Shown here: piece by piece, positions 41,075 through 51,933 of the stretch
How positions within the stretch are numbered: the stretch's first letter is position 1
How the letters are laid out: each line of letters opens with the position of its first letter
NCBI GenBank assembly: GCA_963775685.1
Contig: CAVZJV010000011.1
Span: 27,546 to 91,545, forward strand
Direction of reading: 5' to 3'
Source: Candidatus Bathyarchaeota archaeon
Lineage (GTDB): Archaea; Thermoproteota; Bathyarchaeia; Bathyarchaeales; Bathycorpusculaceae
DNA: 64,000 nt
Translations under genes and position numbers: made by a program
Notes under the pieces: model-generated
What the model saw: the letters and a program-made list of their open reading frames with translations, nothing else
Told to the model about the DNA's origin: nothing
Database searches by the model: none

Positions 41075-41142
41075 TTATGTTGTTGATTCGGTTAAGTTTT
41101 TTTTAAGAAACGGTCAAATCGCTATAACAGAAAAGTTTGACT

Positions 41143-41736
41143 TCAGGCTTTTGCCAGTTTGTAGCCCATATTGTTGCCCATTCTATAGGTATATGCTAGA
41201 TTGATTATCAAAATCGCCATAGCTTCAAGGTAACGAGGAGCCTTTAGCGGTCCGCAGTCAACGGGGTCAAAGCCGATGTCTCGGGTTAACTGCGCTACTG
41301 TCTGTTTAGCTTTAAAATCGTCTCCGGCGATGAAAGCGGTCAACTGTTCGACGCCGACTTTGCCTGTGCTCTGGTTTGGTGCAAATACTGTGTTGAAAGC
41401 TTTTACCACTCGAGCTTTGGGTAGCTTCTTTTGTGTTTCCTCCGCACTGGAGGTTGTGCAGCTGATTGTCAACTCCATGATGGTTCCAACCGCGTTCATG
41501 ACGTCTATCACGATTTTTCCGTCAGCATAAGGCTTTATGGCTTCTCTTGCATCGTCTGCATTTTCATGTGGTACAGCAAGGATGATTATATCTCCCCATT
41601 TTGCGGCGTCAGCGACTGGTTCTGCTGGGTCGCGGTGACCAAACTTTGTTTCGTGCTTGTTGGTTAGACCTTTGTTTAGTGCGTTACCTACGTTGCCTTT
41701 TCCGATAATGGCCATTTTCATAGCTTTTGTCCTCAA
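41143..41736 (-). CDS. NADP oxidoreductase, F420-dependent family
   Basis: IIGKGNVG, IILAVP, IDVMN, VVKAFNT, AGDD, GFDPVDCGPL. Confidence 0.85.
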   Translation of the reverse strand: MRTKAMKMAIIGKGNVGNALNKGLTNKHETKFGHRDPAEPVADAAKWGDIIILAVPHENADDAREAIKPYADGKIVIDVMNAVGTIMELTISCTTSSAEETQKKLPKARVVKAFNTVFAPNQSTGKVGVEQLTAFIAGDDFKAKQTVAQLTRDIGFDPVDCGPLKAPRYLEAMAILIINLAYTYRMGNNMGYKLAKA

Positions 41737-41955
41737 AGAACTATTCTTGTTTGGGTTCCTTAGAAGTTGTTATTGATTTGTGTCTACAACAAGGGCTTCT
41801 GTGGGAAACAAGGGTTAGTGTAATTTCTGATTTGTGTCTTTTCTCAAATTGTTTTCTGCCAGTGTGAAGGATGATAAAAAATTTATAAAATCCCTTAAAT
41901 GTTCGGGGCAATACCTATTTATGAAAAAGTGCACTATATACTTATTGTGATAGTT

Positions 41956-43572
41956 ATGAGTCAAACCCCAATGTTTTGTTTTCAATGTGAACAAACAGCC
42001 AAGGGCACAGGCTGCACCGTTGCTGGTGTCTGCGGAAAGACAGCCGATGTCGCAAACCTCCAAGACCTTTTAGTTTACAAGCTAAGGGAACTCAGCCAAC
42101 TGGTAATCGAAGCCCAAAAAGCAGGCATAAGAGACGAAAAAATCAGCGTTTTTACCGCTGAGTCACTTTTTGTAACGTTGACTAACGTGAACTTTGATCC
42201 CGAAGCTATCTCCTCCTACATAAGAAAAGCAGCCCAGATGCATGACCAACTGCACAAGCAGCTAAAAGTTAAAGTTGAATATTTGCCCTTAGAGCCAACC
42301 CTTGAAGGGCTAATTGCACAGGGAAAACAACACGGTATAAACTCCGACCCAACTATGGACTCTGACCTGCATGGGTTACAGTGGCTACTAACCTTCGGAC
42401 TAAAGGGAGTCGCCGCTTATGCATATCATGCTTACCTGTTGGGTAAAAAAGATTCCAAAGTCTTCGAGTTCATCCATGAAGGCTTAGTTGCGCCCTTCGA
42501 CAAGTCGCTTGGCGTAAACGAGTTTGTCGGTTTAGTTTTCAAATGCGGCGAAATTAACATCCGTGCAATGGAGCTGCTTGACGCAGGAAACACTGAAACA
42601 TACGGTCATCCTGTTCCAACCAAAGTACCCTTAGGACACAAAAAGGGCAAAGCCATCGTGGTTTCAGGACACGACCTCATTGATTTAGAACAAATACTAA
42701 AGCAAACTCAAGGCACAGGAATCACCATCTATACCCATGGCGAAATGCTGCCCACACACGGCTACCCAGGGCTCAAAAAATATCCTAACTTCTACGGACA
42801 CTTTGGAACCGCATGGCAAAATCAACAAAAAGAATTCGCGCAATTCCCAGGAGCCATCTTAATGACTACTAACTGCATCCAGCGACCCGTAGAAAGCTAT
42901 AAGGGTAACATTTTCACTTCTGGACCTGTTGGTTTCCCAGGCGTACCGCACATCGAAGGTCAAGACTTCTCACCTGTAATCCAGAAAGCCCTGTCGCTTC
43001 CAGGCTTCCCCGAAGATGTCGAAGGCAAAACAGTCTTGGTTGGTTTCGGCAGAAACGCAGTTCTGAGCGTTGCAGGCAAAGTCATCGATTCAGTCAAGAG
43101 CGGAAATATTAAACGCTTCATACTTGTGGGTGGATGTGACGGTGCAAAACCCGGACGCAGCTATTATACTGAATTCGTGGAAAAGGCACCCAAAGACACA
43201 ATCATTTTAACGTTGGCATGCGGCAAATTCCGCTTCTTCGACAAGGAACTTGGAACAATCGATGATATCCCACGATTACTGGATATCGGACAATGTAACG
43301 ATGCTTACTCAGCAGTCAAAATTGCCTTGGCGCTTGCGGACGCGTTTAAAGTTACCGTCAACGAGTTGCCTCTGTCACTGGTTCTGTCATGGTATGAACA
43401 GAAAGCCGTCGCCATCTTACTGTCGCTACTCTACTTGGGCATAAAAAACATACGAATCGGCCCAAGCCTACCTGCGTTCATAACACCAAACATACTAAAT
43501 GTGCTAGTTGAAAAATTTAACATAATGCCAATAAAGACACCCGACGAAGACCTCAAGGCAATAATGGAATAG
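41956..43572 (+). CDS. hcp: hybrid cluster protein (hydroxylamine/NO reductase)
   Basis: MFCFQCEQTAKGTGCTVAGVCGK, SGHD, YTHGEMLP, GGCDG, TLACGK, GQCND, SWYEQKA. Confidence 0.96.
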   Translation: MSQTPMFCFQCEQTAKGTGCTVAGVCGKTADVANLQDLLVYKLRELSQLVIEAQKAGIRDEKISVFTAESLFVTLTNVNFDPEAISSYIRKAAQMHDQLHKQLKVKVEYLPLEPTLEGLIAQGKQHGINSDPTMDSDLHGLQWLLTFGLKGVAAYAYHAYLLGKKDSKVFEFIHEGLVAPFDKSLGVNEFVGLVFKCGEINIRAMELLDAGNTETYGHPVPTKVPLGHKKGKAIVVSGHDLIDLEQILKQTQGTGITIYTHGEMLPTHGYPGLKKYPNFYGHFGTAWQNQQKEFAQFPGAILMTTNCIQRPVESYKGNIFTSGPVGFPGVPHIEGQDFSPVIQKALSLPGFPEDVEGKTVLVGFGRNAVLSVAGKVIDSVKSGNIKRFILVGGCDGAKPGRSYYTEFVEKAPKDTIILTLACGKFRFFDKELGTIDDIPRLLDIGQCNDAYSAVKIALALADAFKVTVNELPLSLVLSWYEQKAVAILLSLLYLGIKNIRIGPSLPAFITPNILNVLVEKFNIMPIKTPDEDLKAIME

Positions 43573-43652
43573 GTCTGCATCGCCCTTTTAGGGCCACTTC
43601 CTTTTTCTTGAAGCCCCTTTTATTAAAAAAAATAGTGGATTATAAAAATGTA

Positions 43653-44234
43653 TTAACTCGGTGGGCTGAGTTTTTCGAGAAGCCACGCCATGTTTTTGCC
43701 CAAGTCATCCATTGTTTTTAGTCCTTCCTCGTCTTTTTCCACATCGCCCTTGCCTAGTCCGATGCCTATGTTCCAGTAGGATGAGCCAGGAATAATCAAT
43801 TGGCTTATTAGGAAAAAGTGGTTTATAGCGTCAAAGGTGGGTATGCCGCCTGCTCTACGCACAGCTACCACAGCCGCACCGACCTTTCGCTTAAACAAGT
43901 CTCCGTTTGCCCTGCCCACAAATCCCGCTCGGTCGATAAGCGCTTTCATATCCGAGGTCATCATGGAAAAGTACGTTGGGGAACCAAGAATTATGCCGTC
44001 GGCTGCAATCATCTTTTCAATGTAGAGGTTGACGTTGTCGTTTACGATTTTACATTGTTTGTTTTGAATTTTTAGGCAAACTCCACAAGCGGTGCAGCCG
44101 TGGATTTGTTCACCTGATAGCTGGATTAGTTCGGTTTCGATGCCTTCAGCCTCAAGGACCCTTAAGACTCGGCGGATTAATATGGCTGTGTTTCCATCTT
44201 TTCGTGCGCTTCCATTAAAAGCAACAACCTTCAA
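43653..44234 (-). CDS. iron-sulfur flavoprotein (Isf-like flavodoxin family)
   Basis: GSARKDGNT, CTACGVC....C, GSPTYF, RRAGG. Confidence 0.9.
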   Translation of the reverse strand: MKVVAFNGSARKDGNTAILIRRVLRVLEAEGIETELIQLSGEQIHGCTACGVCLKIQNKQCKIVNDNVNLYIEKMIAADGIILGSPTYFSMMTSDMKALIDRAGFVGRANGDLFKRKVGAAVVAVRRAGGIPTFDAINHFFLISQLIIPGSSYWNIGIGLGKGDVEKDEEGLKTMDDLGKNMAWLLEKLSPPS

Positions 44235-44287
44235 ACATAAACCCTCTAAAGGTAAAGTTGAGGGTTAAGAATAAAAGAGTAACGCAA

Positions 44288-45245
44288 TCAAGTGCTATGT
44301 TTTTTGGTTCTTCGCCAATAAATAAGCATTGTAGCAACCGCAACAATCGTTGCCGCTAAAAAGGCAGCAACTATTGCTTCAACCGGCAATTTCGCCACTG
44401 CTACATGTAGTTTGACGGGGCTCTGCAGCAACGGATAGCGGTCCATGTTCAAAGCATCAATCACATAGGGCGCGTCGCCTATGCCATCGTTGTTGCTGTC
44501 ATTGCCATTGTAGTCGCTCCAGAAGTTACCCTCCCTACCGTCATCCCAATTATGTGGCGGTTCAGACGCATTTAATGAGTCGCATCCACATCCGTTAAGC
44601 TGAACCACGTTGTTTTCAAAGTCGTTATGGTTGACTTCGATGTCTGTAGGAACAGAGGTAGTTACTTTGTTGTTGAAGCCAAAGAAAAGGCCTCGTTGAT
44701 TGTTGGCGATATAATTCTCTATGATTGTTTGATTTGAGCCTGAAACCAAAATCCCCACGATGTTGTCTGAAACATCATTTCCCCTTACGGTGTTGTTTTT
44801 GGTCCAAACGTACATGCCGATGCTGAAGTTCTTGATGTTTATGTTCTTAAGGGTGATGCCATCAACGTTTGCTCCTCCAAAATCTATCCCTATGATATAA
44901 TCCGCGAAAGTTCCATTGGTCTCCTGGTTTGGTCCCTCGCCAACAACCCAATTGTTTGTTGCTGTGCCATTGTAGGGTCCCCTAAGAGTGTAGCCTCCCC
45001 CGTCGAGTATTATGTTGCTTTTTTGGATTATGATGCGAGCATAGAGATCGTTTGTAAAGGTATAGGTATGACCGTTTTGTGCAATTGGCGTCGTCGAAGG
45101 CGAAACTGTGCCGTTTGGAAGAATAATGACCGTTGAGAAAAACTCTTGGGCGCTTGCAGGCCCTACCGAAATCAACTGGTGCAAAAGCAAGTATTAAGAA
45201 AATTGCCGCTAAAACTAGCATTTTCCCCGTGCTACGAGCTCTCAT
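44288..45245 (-). pseudogene. secreted NosD/CASH beta-helix protein with C-terminal TM anchor, frameshift after the signal peptide
   Basis: MRARSTGKMLVLAAIFLILA in one frame; SNIILDGGGYTL, GNFWSDYNGND..DGIGD.PY in the other. Confidence 0.75.
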
Positions 45246-46868
45246 TATTCCAACCTAACGCTATCAGACTTATTTAACCAATTCCTCGACCGACAAACGG
45301 TCTTTCCAATGAGCTTAAACTGCAAACAGTCCTCGTTGGGACACATTTCCACACAACGTAGACAATAGATGCATTGTGAAGAGGCAACGTCGCCACTTTT
45401 TTGCTCGTAGACTTCCTTTACTTGTGTGGGGCAAACCCGTTTGCATATGCCACATTTGGTGCATTTCTCCTCTATTTTGTTTAGGCGTACGCCGCTTATC
45501 CATTTGAAGGGTGGAAAACGGTTAAAGAGCGCAATCAAGCCTCCCAGAGGGCAGATTCTGCACCATGATCGGCGGAAAAAGAACGCTGCCGCAGTTACCA
45601 GGCCTAAAATGATGAGGTTGGTTGAGGTTATGTAGTAGCCTAGCTGCCAGAATTGGCCTGTTGTGTTCTGGGTTATCCAGTTGGGTCTCATCAGTCCAAC
45701 GGTTGTTTCCGATAGAATGCATATTGGTTTCATTGGGCAAACTTGGCAGAACGGGGCGGAGAAGTAGGTGTAGACAAAACCGCCTTTCTGGGTTCCGTTG
45801 ACCATTTGGGTGCATGTGAGGGTTTGTGAAGCGAAGACCACGCTTAAGATTATTATGAACGCCAATATTAGGTAGCTAAGTTGATGGAACCTCTCGTTAA
45901 ATTTATCAGAAAAGTTTCGTCTCTTAATCTTGAGTGCTTTCCGCAATCGAGTCATCAAATCAACGTATAAACCAAAAGGACAAACCCAGCCGCACCATAC
46001 TCGCCCAAAAGCACCGCCGCTACAATGATTATGCCTAAAACCACAGCCAATCTTGTCAAGCCCGTTGAATCGTAATGTACGCCCCAGCCTCCTCCCACGT
46101 CAAAAAATGGGTAAATATAGGCTTGAATTTGCCAGAGTGCGCATGTTGTGATTCTGCCGCATGGATAGAAGCAGCCAAAGAAGGGTGCTGGAAGCCCATC
46201 AGGCATGCCGACTCCGAACACATTGGTTCCAATGTCGAGTTCGTGTGGAGCTATTTGGGCCGCAGGCACAGGTAAGCCATAGTGGTCTATGAATATCCCT
46301 GCAAAAGTACAAAGATTAAGCCAATTTGGATAAACAAACGTAGCGAGCTTATTTTTCGAGTTTTATTTCGTGTTCCAAAATAAAGCACAATTGTGCCTAT
46401 GCTTAACAGGGCTGCTGTGACACCTATGACGCTCCAATTTGGTTTGTAGGTTTGGGATGTGATGGGGCTTGGCGCTGGGGCATTTGGGTTCGCTTGGTCA
46501 GTCACTTGAGCAAATAATCTATCACATATGTGCCCGTCTATGGCGAATATATTCCAGTACCCATCCATGTCAAGTTTCTGGGTGGCTGAGAAATTTCCAG
46601 TCACGGGGTCAGTTAGTACGTACTGTTCCACATAACTGTAGTCTGGTCTGGTGAAGGCGATTCTTATGATTTTGTTTTCCGCAGGCGGACATGCCTGCCC
46701 GGTTACGGTTACGGTTTGATTGAGTTCAACTTGGGTGTGATCGATGTCTGAGGTTATGCAGGGACCATAACAGGAGTCAACTGGAGCAACCTGTACTGTA
46801 AAATAGTAAAAGGCGATGAGGGTTAAGATAGATAAACAGAGAATTGTTCGCTGTTTAATGCCCAACAC
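45245..46868 (-). pseudogene. membrane 4Fe-4S protein (NapH/MauN-like) with N-terminal exported domain; two frameshifts
   Basis: Joined frames give GRVWCGWVCPFG, FCQVCP, WCRICPLG, CTKCGICKRVCP, CIYCLRCVEMCP; shifts near 46300 and 46000. Confidence 0.8.
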
Positions 46869-47010
46869 CGCCCATGCTTCTCCATAGGCGTTCTTTATTC
46901 ATATATCTTTGTAAACAACCGCTTGACAATCCAATTTGAAGCATAGCAGTCTTTGTCATTCTTACTCAATTTATTTTTTGAGTAGTGCCCATAAAAGGGT
47001 TCTTGTACAG

Positions 47011-47047
47011 GATTCTTGACAAAAAACATTTTTCTTAGTCAAGAATC
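47011..47047. promoter_or_regulatory. perfect 10-bp inverted repeat (operator or terminator hairpin)
   Basis: GATTCTTGAC-N17-GTCAAGAATC between the amt 3' end and the 4Fe-4S gene start. Confidence 0.5.
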
Positions 47048-47156
47048 ATTGACAAATATCTATCTTGTTCGGTTTTCTAACTAAGGATATAAAAACGAGA
47101 TCAAAATCAGCAAAACCGCTTCAAATAAGTGGGCTATGGATTGCCTCATCCAAGAG

Positions 47157-48449
47157 TTAGTCTAGATGGTATGCTTCTTCGCCGTGTTGGCTCAAATCTA
47201 AGCCTTCATCTTCTTCTTTGGGACTGACCCGCAAAGGCGAAAAGACGTCTACCAACCGTAGTAGCAAGTAAGAGCCAACGAACGCGAATGCCGCTACAAC
47301 CGCCACCGCAAGCACCTGGATGCCTAGTTGTGCTGGGTTGCCAAAGAACAGTCCTCTCACGACCGGGTTAACTGCCGCAGTGGCAAACAAGCCAACGGCA
47401 ACTGCACCGATAATTCCGCCGATTCCGTGGCAGGCAAAAACGTCAAGTGTGTCGTCGATTTTGGAGCGTCCAGCGCGCCAGTTAGCTACCAAATTGGAAA
47501 TTATGCCTGCAGCTAAGCCGATGATGACTGCTGCAGTGAAGTTGATGTAGCCTGCAGCAGCCGTAACCGCAGCCATACCGCAGACCGCGCCAACTGAAAT
47601 TCCTATTGCAGAAGGCTTTCCCTTGAGCAACCAATCCAGAATCATCCAGCTAACCGCTGCTGCTGCTGCCGCTAAATTCGTTGCAATAACCGCGGAAACT
47701 GCAATTCCATCTGCGGCTAATGCGCTGCCTCCGTTGAAGCCAAACCAGCCGAACCATAACAGTCCTGCGCCTAAAATTACGTATGGGATGTTCGTTGGTT
47801 TAAATTCAGTGCCTAGCGGTGCAGAGAGCCCTTTATCTTTGCGGTCTAATGCTTTCATTTGGTCTTTCCAGTAAACACAACCTTTCCTTCTTCCGACAAT
47901 TAGTGCTGCTGCCAAAGCTGACAAACCTGCTGCAACATGTACCACTATGCCGCCTGCAAAATCCCAGGCGCCCAATACATGTAACCAACCGTTGACGTTC
48001 CAAAGCCAATGGGCGATTGGAGAGTAAATAAGAGTAGACCATAGAACCACAAAGATAAGTAGAGATCTGAAGCGGATCCTTTCTGCGCAGGCGCCGATGA
48101 TTAGTGCTGGTGTGATGGCGGCGAATTTTAGTTGGAAAGCAAAAAATAGGATTTCTGGTATACCTGAAGCGTAAGTGGCGTTAACTTGGTTTATGGTTAT
48201 TCCATTTAAGCCTGCAAGCGAAAGATTTCCGAGAATGCCTCCGATGCTGGGACCAAAAACGAGGCTGTACCCCCAGAAGAACCATACGAGGCTAACGACG
48301 GCGAAGATGACGATGCATTGAACTAACGTTGAGACCAGGTTCTTTCGGCGCACTAAGCCTCCGTAGAAGAAAGCTAAGGCTGGAGTCATCAGCATGACTA
48401 AGGCTGTTGACATGAGAACCCATGCAACGTCCGCTGGATTGTACGACAT
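47157..48449 (-). CDS. amt: ammonium transporter (copy 2)
   Basis: FFYGGLVR, FQLKFAAIT, DFAGGIVVH, WFGWFGFNGGS, DDTLDVFACHG, GLDLSQHGE; start MSYNPAD at 48449. Confidence 0.96.
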   Translation of the reverse strand: MSYNPADVAWVLMSTALVMLMTPALAFFYGGLVRRKNLVSTLVQCIVIFAVVSLVWFFWGYSLVFGPSIGGILGNLSLAGLNGITINQVNATYASGIPEILFFAFQLKFAAITPALIIGACAERIRFRSLLIFVVLWSTLIYSPIAHWLWNVNGWLHVLGAWDFAGGIVVHVAAGLSALAAALIVGRRKGCVYWKDQMKALDRKDKGLSAPLGTEFKPTNIPYVILGAGLLWFGWFGFNGGSALAADGIAVSAVIATNLAAAAAAVSWMILDWLLKGKPSAIGISVGAVCGMAAVTAAAGYINFTAAVIIGLAAGIISNLVANWRAGRSKIDDTLDVFACHGIGGIIGAVAVGLFATAAVNPVVRGLFFGNPAQLGIQVLAVAVVAAFAFVGSYLLLRLVDVFSPLRVSPKEEDEGLDLSQHGEEAYHLD

Positions 48450-48715
48450 CTCTTCCCCTTTTCTTATTTGATTATTTCCAGTTTTGTCAAAACAAATATT
48501 TAAACTATACATTCGCATCGAATAAGGTACTAAAAATCGATAAATGTCCAACACGTGGCTATCATGCGGCATAGTCATGCAACAAATTATCCATATTAAA
48601 GCTGTTAATAGCAAAATTGTTCAAAAAAATGAGTTCAAAAAAGCTTCTTGTCTAAATTAAAAGAAACCAAAATTGAAAACAAACAAAAGGGAGGAAATTG
48701 AGCCTTTGGTTGGCT

Positions 48716-49999
48716 CTAATCTAGTTGGTACGCTTCTTCGCCATGTTCGCTTAGGTCGAGACCTGCATCTTCTGCTTCGGGGCTCACCCTTAGAGGCGAG
48801 AATACGTTCACCAGCTTTAGCAGTCCGTAAGAGCCAAAGAACGAAAACGGCACAACCACGGCGACAGCTATTAACTGATCGACGAATTGGCCTACGTTTC
48901 CGTATATCAGACCACTTACTCCACCTACTGCTGCGGAAGCGAATATGCCCGTACCGATTGCTCCCCAGATACCTCCGACACCGTGGCACGCAAAGACATC
49001 CAACGTATCGTCGATTCTTGATCTGCCTGACCGCCAGTTAGCAACGAGGTTAGAGATTATGCCTCCAACTAAGCCCATGATTATTGCTGCTGTTGGACCA
49101 ACGAATCCTGAAGCGGGTGTTATGACTACTAGACCAACGACTGCACCGACGGCCATGCCAACTGCGGATGGTTTGCCCTTAATGAGCCAGTCCATTAGCA
49201 TCCAGCTTACGGCTGCTGCGGCTGCGGCTAAGTTTGTTACTACCAGCGCTGAGACTGCGAGGTCGTTTGCGGCTAGTGCGCTGCCTGCGTTAAAGCCAAA
49301 CCAGCCGAACCACAATAGTGCTGCGCCTAAGAGTACATATGGGATGTTGGTTGGTTTGAACTCGATTTTCTTCTCTTTATCAATCTCTTTCATGTGTTGC
49401 TTCCATGGAATTGCACACCCTTTTCGTCGACCGACCACAAGAGCAGCCGCTAGAGCAGAGACTCCTGCTGATATGTGGACTACTAGCCCGCCTGCGAAGT
49501 CAATGGATCCTAAGCCTTTGAGCCAACCATCTGGGTTCCATACCCAATGTGCGATTGGTATGTAGATGAGTGTTGACCATAATATGATGAATATCAGCAG
49601 TGATCTAAAGCGAACTCTTTCTGCGCAGGCGCCGATGATTAGTGCTGGTGTGATGGCGGCGAATTTTAGTTGGAAAGCGAAGACTAGTAATGTTGGTATA
49701 GTTGGTGCTAAGGCCATGGTGACGTCGTGTATGCCTATGTTGGTTAATCCTGCGAGAGACAAGTTGCCTATTATTCCGCCGATGCTGGGTCCAAATGCTA
49801 AACTGTAGCCGTATAATGCCCATATGATGCTAATTACTGCAAAAATGATGAAGCACTGAGCAATTGTGGATACGAGGTTTTTCCTTCGCACTAAGCCTCC
49901 GTAGAAGAAACCTAGTGCTGGGGTCATTAACATGACTAGGGCTGTTGATGCTAGAACCCATGCTATATCTCCAGAGTTTGTGGTTACTGTTACGCTCAT
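48716..49999 (-). CDS. amt: ammonium transporter (copy 1)
   Basis: Same Amt motifs, twin His retained; GGTGA RBS. Confidence 0.96.
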   Translation of the reverse strand: MSVTVTTNSGDIAWVLASTALVMLMTPALGFFYGGLVRRKNLVSTIAQCFIIFAVISIIWALYGYSLAFGPSIGGIIGNLSLAGLTNIGIHDVTMALAPTIPTLLVFAFQLKFAAITPALIIGACAERVRFRSLLIFIILWSTLIYIPIAHWVWNPDGWLKGLGSIDFAGGLVVHISAGVSALAAALVVGRRKGCAIPWKQHMKEIDKEKKIEFKPTNIPYVLLGAALLWFGWFGFNAGSALAANDLAVSALVVTNLAAAAAAVSWMLMDWLIKGKPSAVGMAVGAVVGLVVITPASGFVGPTAAIIMGLVGGIISNLVANWRSGRSRIDDTLDVFACHGVGGIWGAIGTGIFASAAVGGVSGLIYGNVGQFVDQLIAVAVVVPFSFFGSYGLLKLVNVFSPLRVSPEAEDAGLDLSEHGEEAYQLD

Positions 50000-50484
50000 T
50001 TTTTAAATCACCGTTTGACATATGTTTAGTATTTTTTATAATTACTGTGCATTTATTACAAACAAGTATTTAAGATTATCCACTTGAAAAATTTTAAACT
50101 TAAATGATGAACATGTGTCTGAGAAAATAGTGAATGTTTGCTCATCTATCCAATTTCAATCAAGCAACCAACTAAAAATTCAAAACCTTTTCAAAAAAAC
50201 TTTGAACAACAAAACAAACGACTGATGCACAAAAAACGTCTCACCTCAATTATTACAAGTATTAATAAATTATTTGCTGTTTACTCCGAACATTTAACAA
50301 TTAATAGAAATATTACAAAAAATCCACAAACAAATCGAACATAAGCTTTTCTTTGAATCTTTGGCAATCGGCATACTAAGCATGATTTTTTAACAGCTCA
50401 GGAGAGCTAAAACGGATTCATTTCTCTCAGCGCAAAACCCTTATAACGACACTACCGCTTCTTGCATAAAAGGCGTCAAGAATT

Positions 50485-51393
50485 ATGAACTTTGGCTCAT
50501 TTACCTTTAAACCCGAAAAACCCCAAGGGTTCGACTTTCATGTTCTAAGGGTTAAACCTGAAACTGGCCTAAGGCTTCAGCCAGTGCAAGACATGGCCAG
50601 CAATATCGCTGTTTTCGCAGACACATTAACAGTGCAAAATCATCCTGACTGGGTTTCGCAGTCGCCGCTTGGTCCAGCCAAATTCGGAAACAATAACTTC
50701 AACATCTACTGGAGCGTTGTTTGCCCCACCCAGCCCGAATACCGAGAAGAACAGCTAAAATACATTGCAGAAGTGGACAGACAATCTTCTAGCATCTGGC
50801 TGAACAGCCAGTACTTCGCTGACCACGACCATTGTACCTGTCCCCGATGCCAAGAAAGATGGCAAAAGAGAGGTTCAAATTGGCTTGAATGGCGCAGAAA
50901 CGAAATTAACGATTACATGGATCAAATACGCAGTGTAGTCAAAAAAGAACTTGTTTTCTGTTTGCAACCTGACCCTGTAAGTTCATACGAACGTTACGGC
51001 GTGGACTTTGATGGTTTCGCAAAATATGCCGATAAGTTTTGCGTTGTGATGTTTAGTAAGAATTATGCGACACCTTGGTATTGGGAAATGTTGGCACGTG
51101 GATTTAAGAAACTACTTAAGAGACCTTTCTACATCAACTTTTACGTTTTCGGTCCAGGTGACAACCCACAGGATGTGCCAACCGCCGAGGAACTGCTAAC
51201 CGTTACGGTTCGATGTGCACGAGCAGACATTGACGGGTTTCTCTACACGGCTGATGGTGCCCAACAAATGGTTGACTTTCAAAAAGTAGCTGTCAAAAAT
51301 AGTCCTCTCAGGGAGAAGCTCAAGAGTTATGGAGGAAAACCAGTGCAAGAATTCCTTGAACGTGTTGCAAGCTGGGAAAAAATTTTTACATAA
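50485..51393 (+). CDS. hypothetical protein, possibly glycoside-hydrolase-like TIM barrel
   Basis: 302-aa ORF with HPDW, VCP, HCTCPRC..W..WRR pattern. Confidence 0.55.
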   Translation: MNFGSFTFKPEKPQGFDFHVLRVKPETGLRLQPVQDMASNIAVFADTLTVQNHPDWVSQSPLGPAKFGNNNFNIYWSVVCPTQPEYREEQLKYIAEVDRQSSSIWLNSQYFADHDHCTCPRCQERWQKRGSNWLEWRRNEINDYMDQIRSVVKKELVFCLQPDPVSSYERYGVDFDGFAKYADKFCVVMFSKNYATPWYWEMLARGFKKLLKRPFYINFYVFGPGDNPQDVPTAEELLTVTVRCARADIDGFLYTADGAQQMVDFQKVAVKNSPLREKLKSYGGKPVQEFLERVASWEKIFT

Positions 51394-51933
51394 TTTTTTC
51401 TATTTTCACTATCAGGTTTGCCTTTTTTTACTGTGTCTCGACTAGGGTCTCAGCCCAGTTTGAAATGCCTATTTCGATGCCGTGTCGGAACTCGCTTAGG
51501 CTTCAAGTGCGCTTCTCATAATCGCTATCCAATTGATGACATCCATATTTCATAAGGTTAACCGATAAGATGGAATATGTACGAAAGAAAGTTTACAAAC
51601 CTTCAACCCTGGTGGGTTTTGTTTTGCTTCTTGTTTTTGAGTTCTTGGGCGGAAGATTTGGTTTTTTTGTTTTTGCCAATTTGTATTTTTGAAGTTGCGG
51701 ATGAAATTTGTTGCTTAAGCAAAATATTCGAGTTTTTAGGAAAAAAGGCATTTATTCATAGCCAGAGTTAAGTCGTTGCTTATTGCACTAATTTGCCAAT
51801 AAATGTTGACTGACTTAACATTTTCTGGCGCCTCAGTAATTTTGAAGGCCATTGTCTCTTATTTCAGAAACAAGCATTTTATATCCTTTGCAGTCAAACA
51901 ATAAATAAAAGCTTACCGAATGTAATTTCCAAA

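Noticed and set aside
48945-49565. Long antisense ORFs (also 55337-55930, 34821-35354, 31320-31826, 23343-24332)
   Set aside because: Antisense shadows of well-supported genes with no motifs of their own
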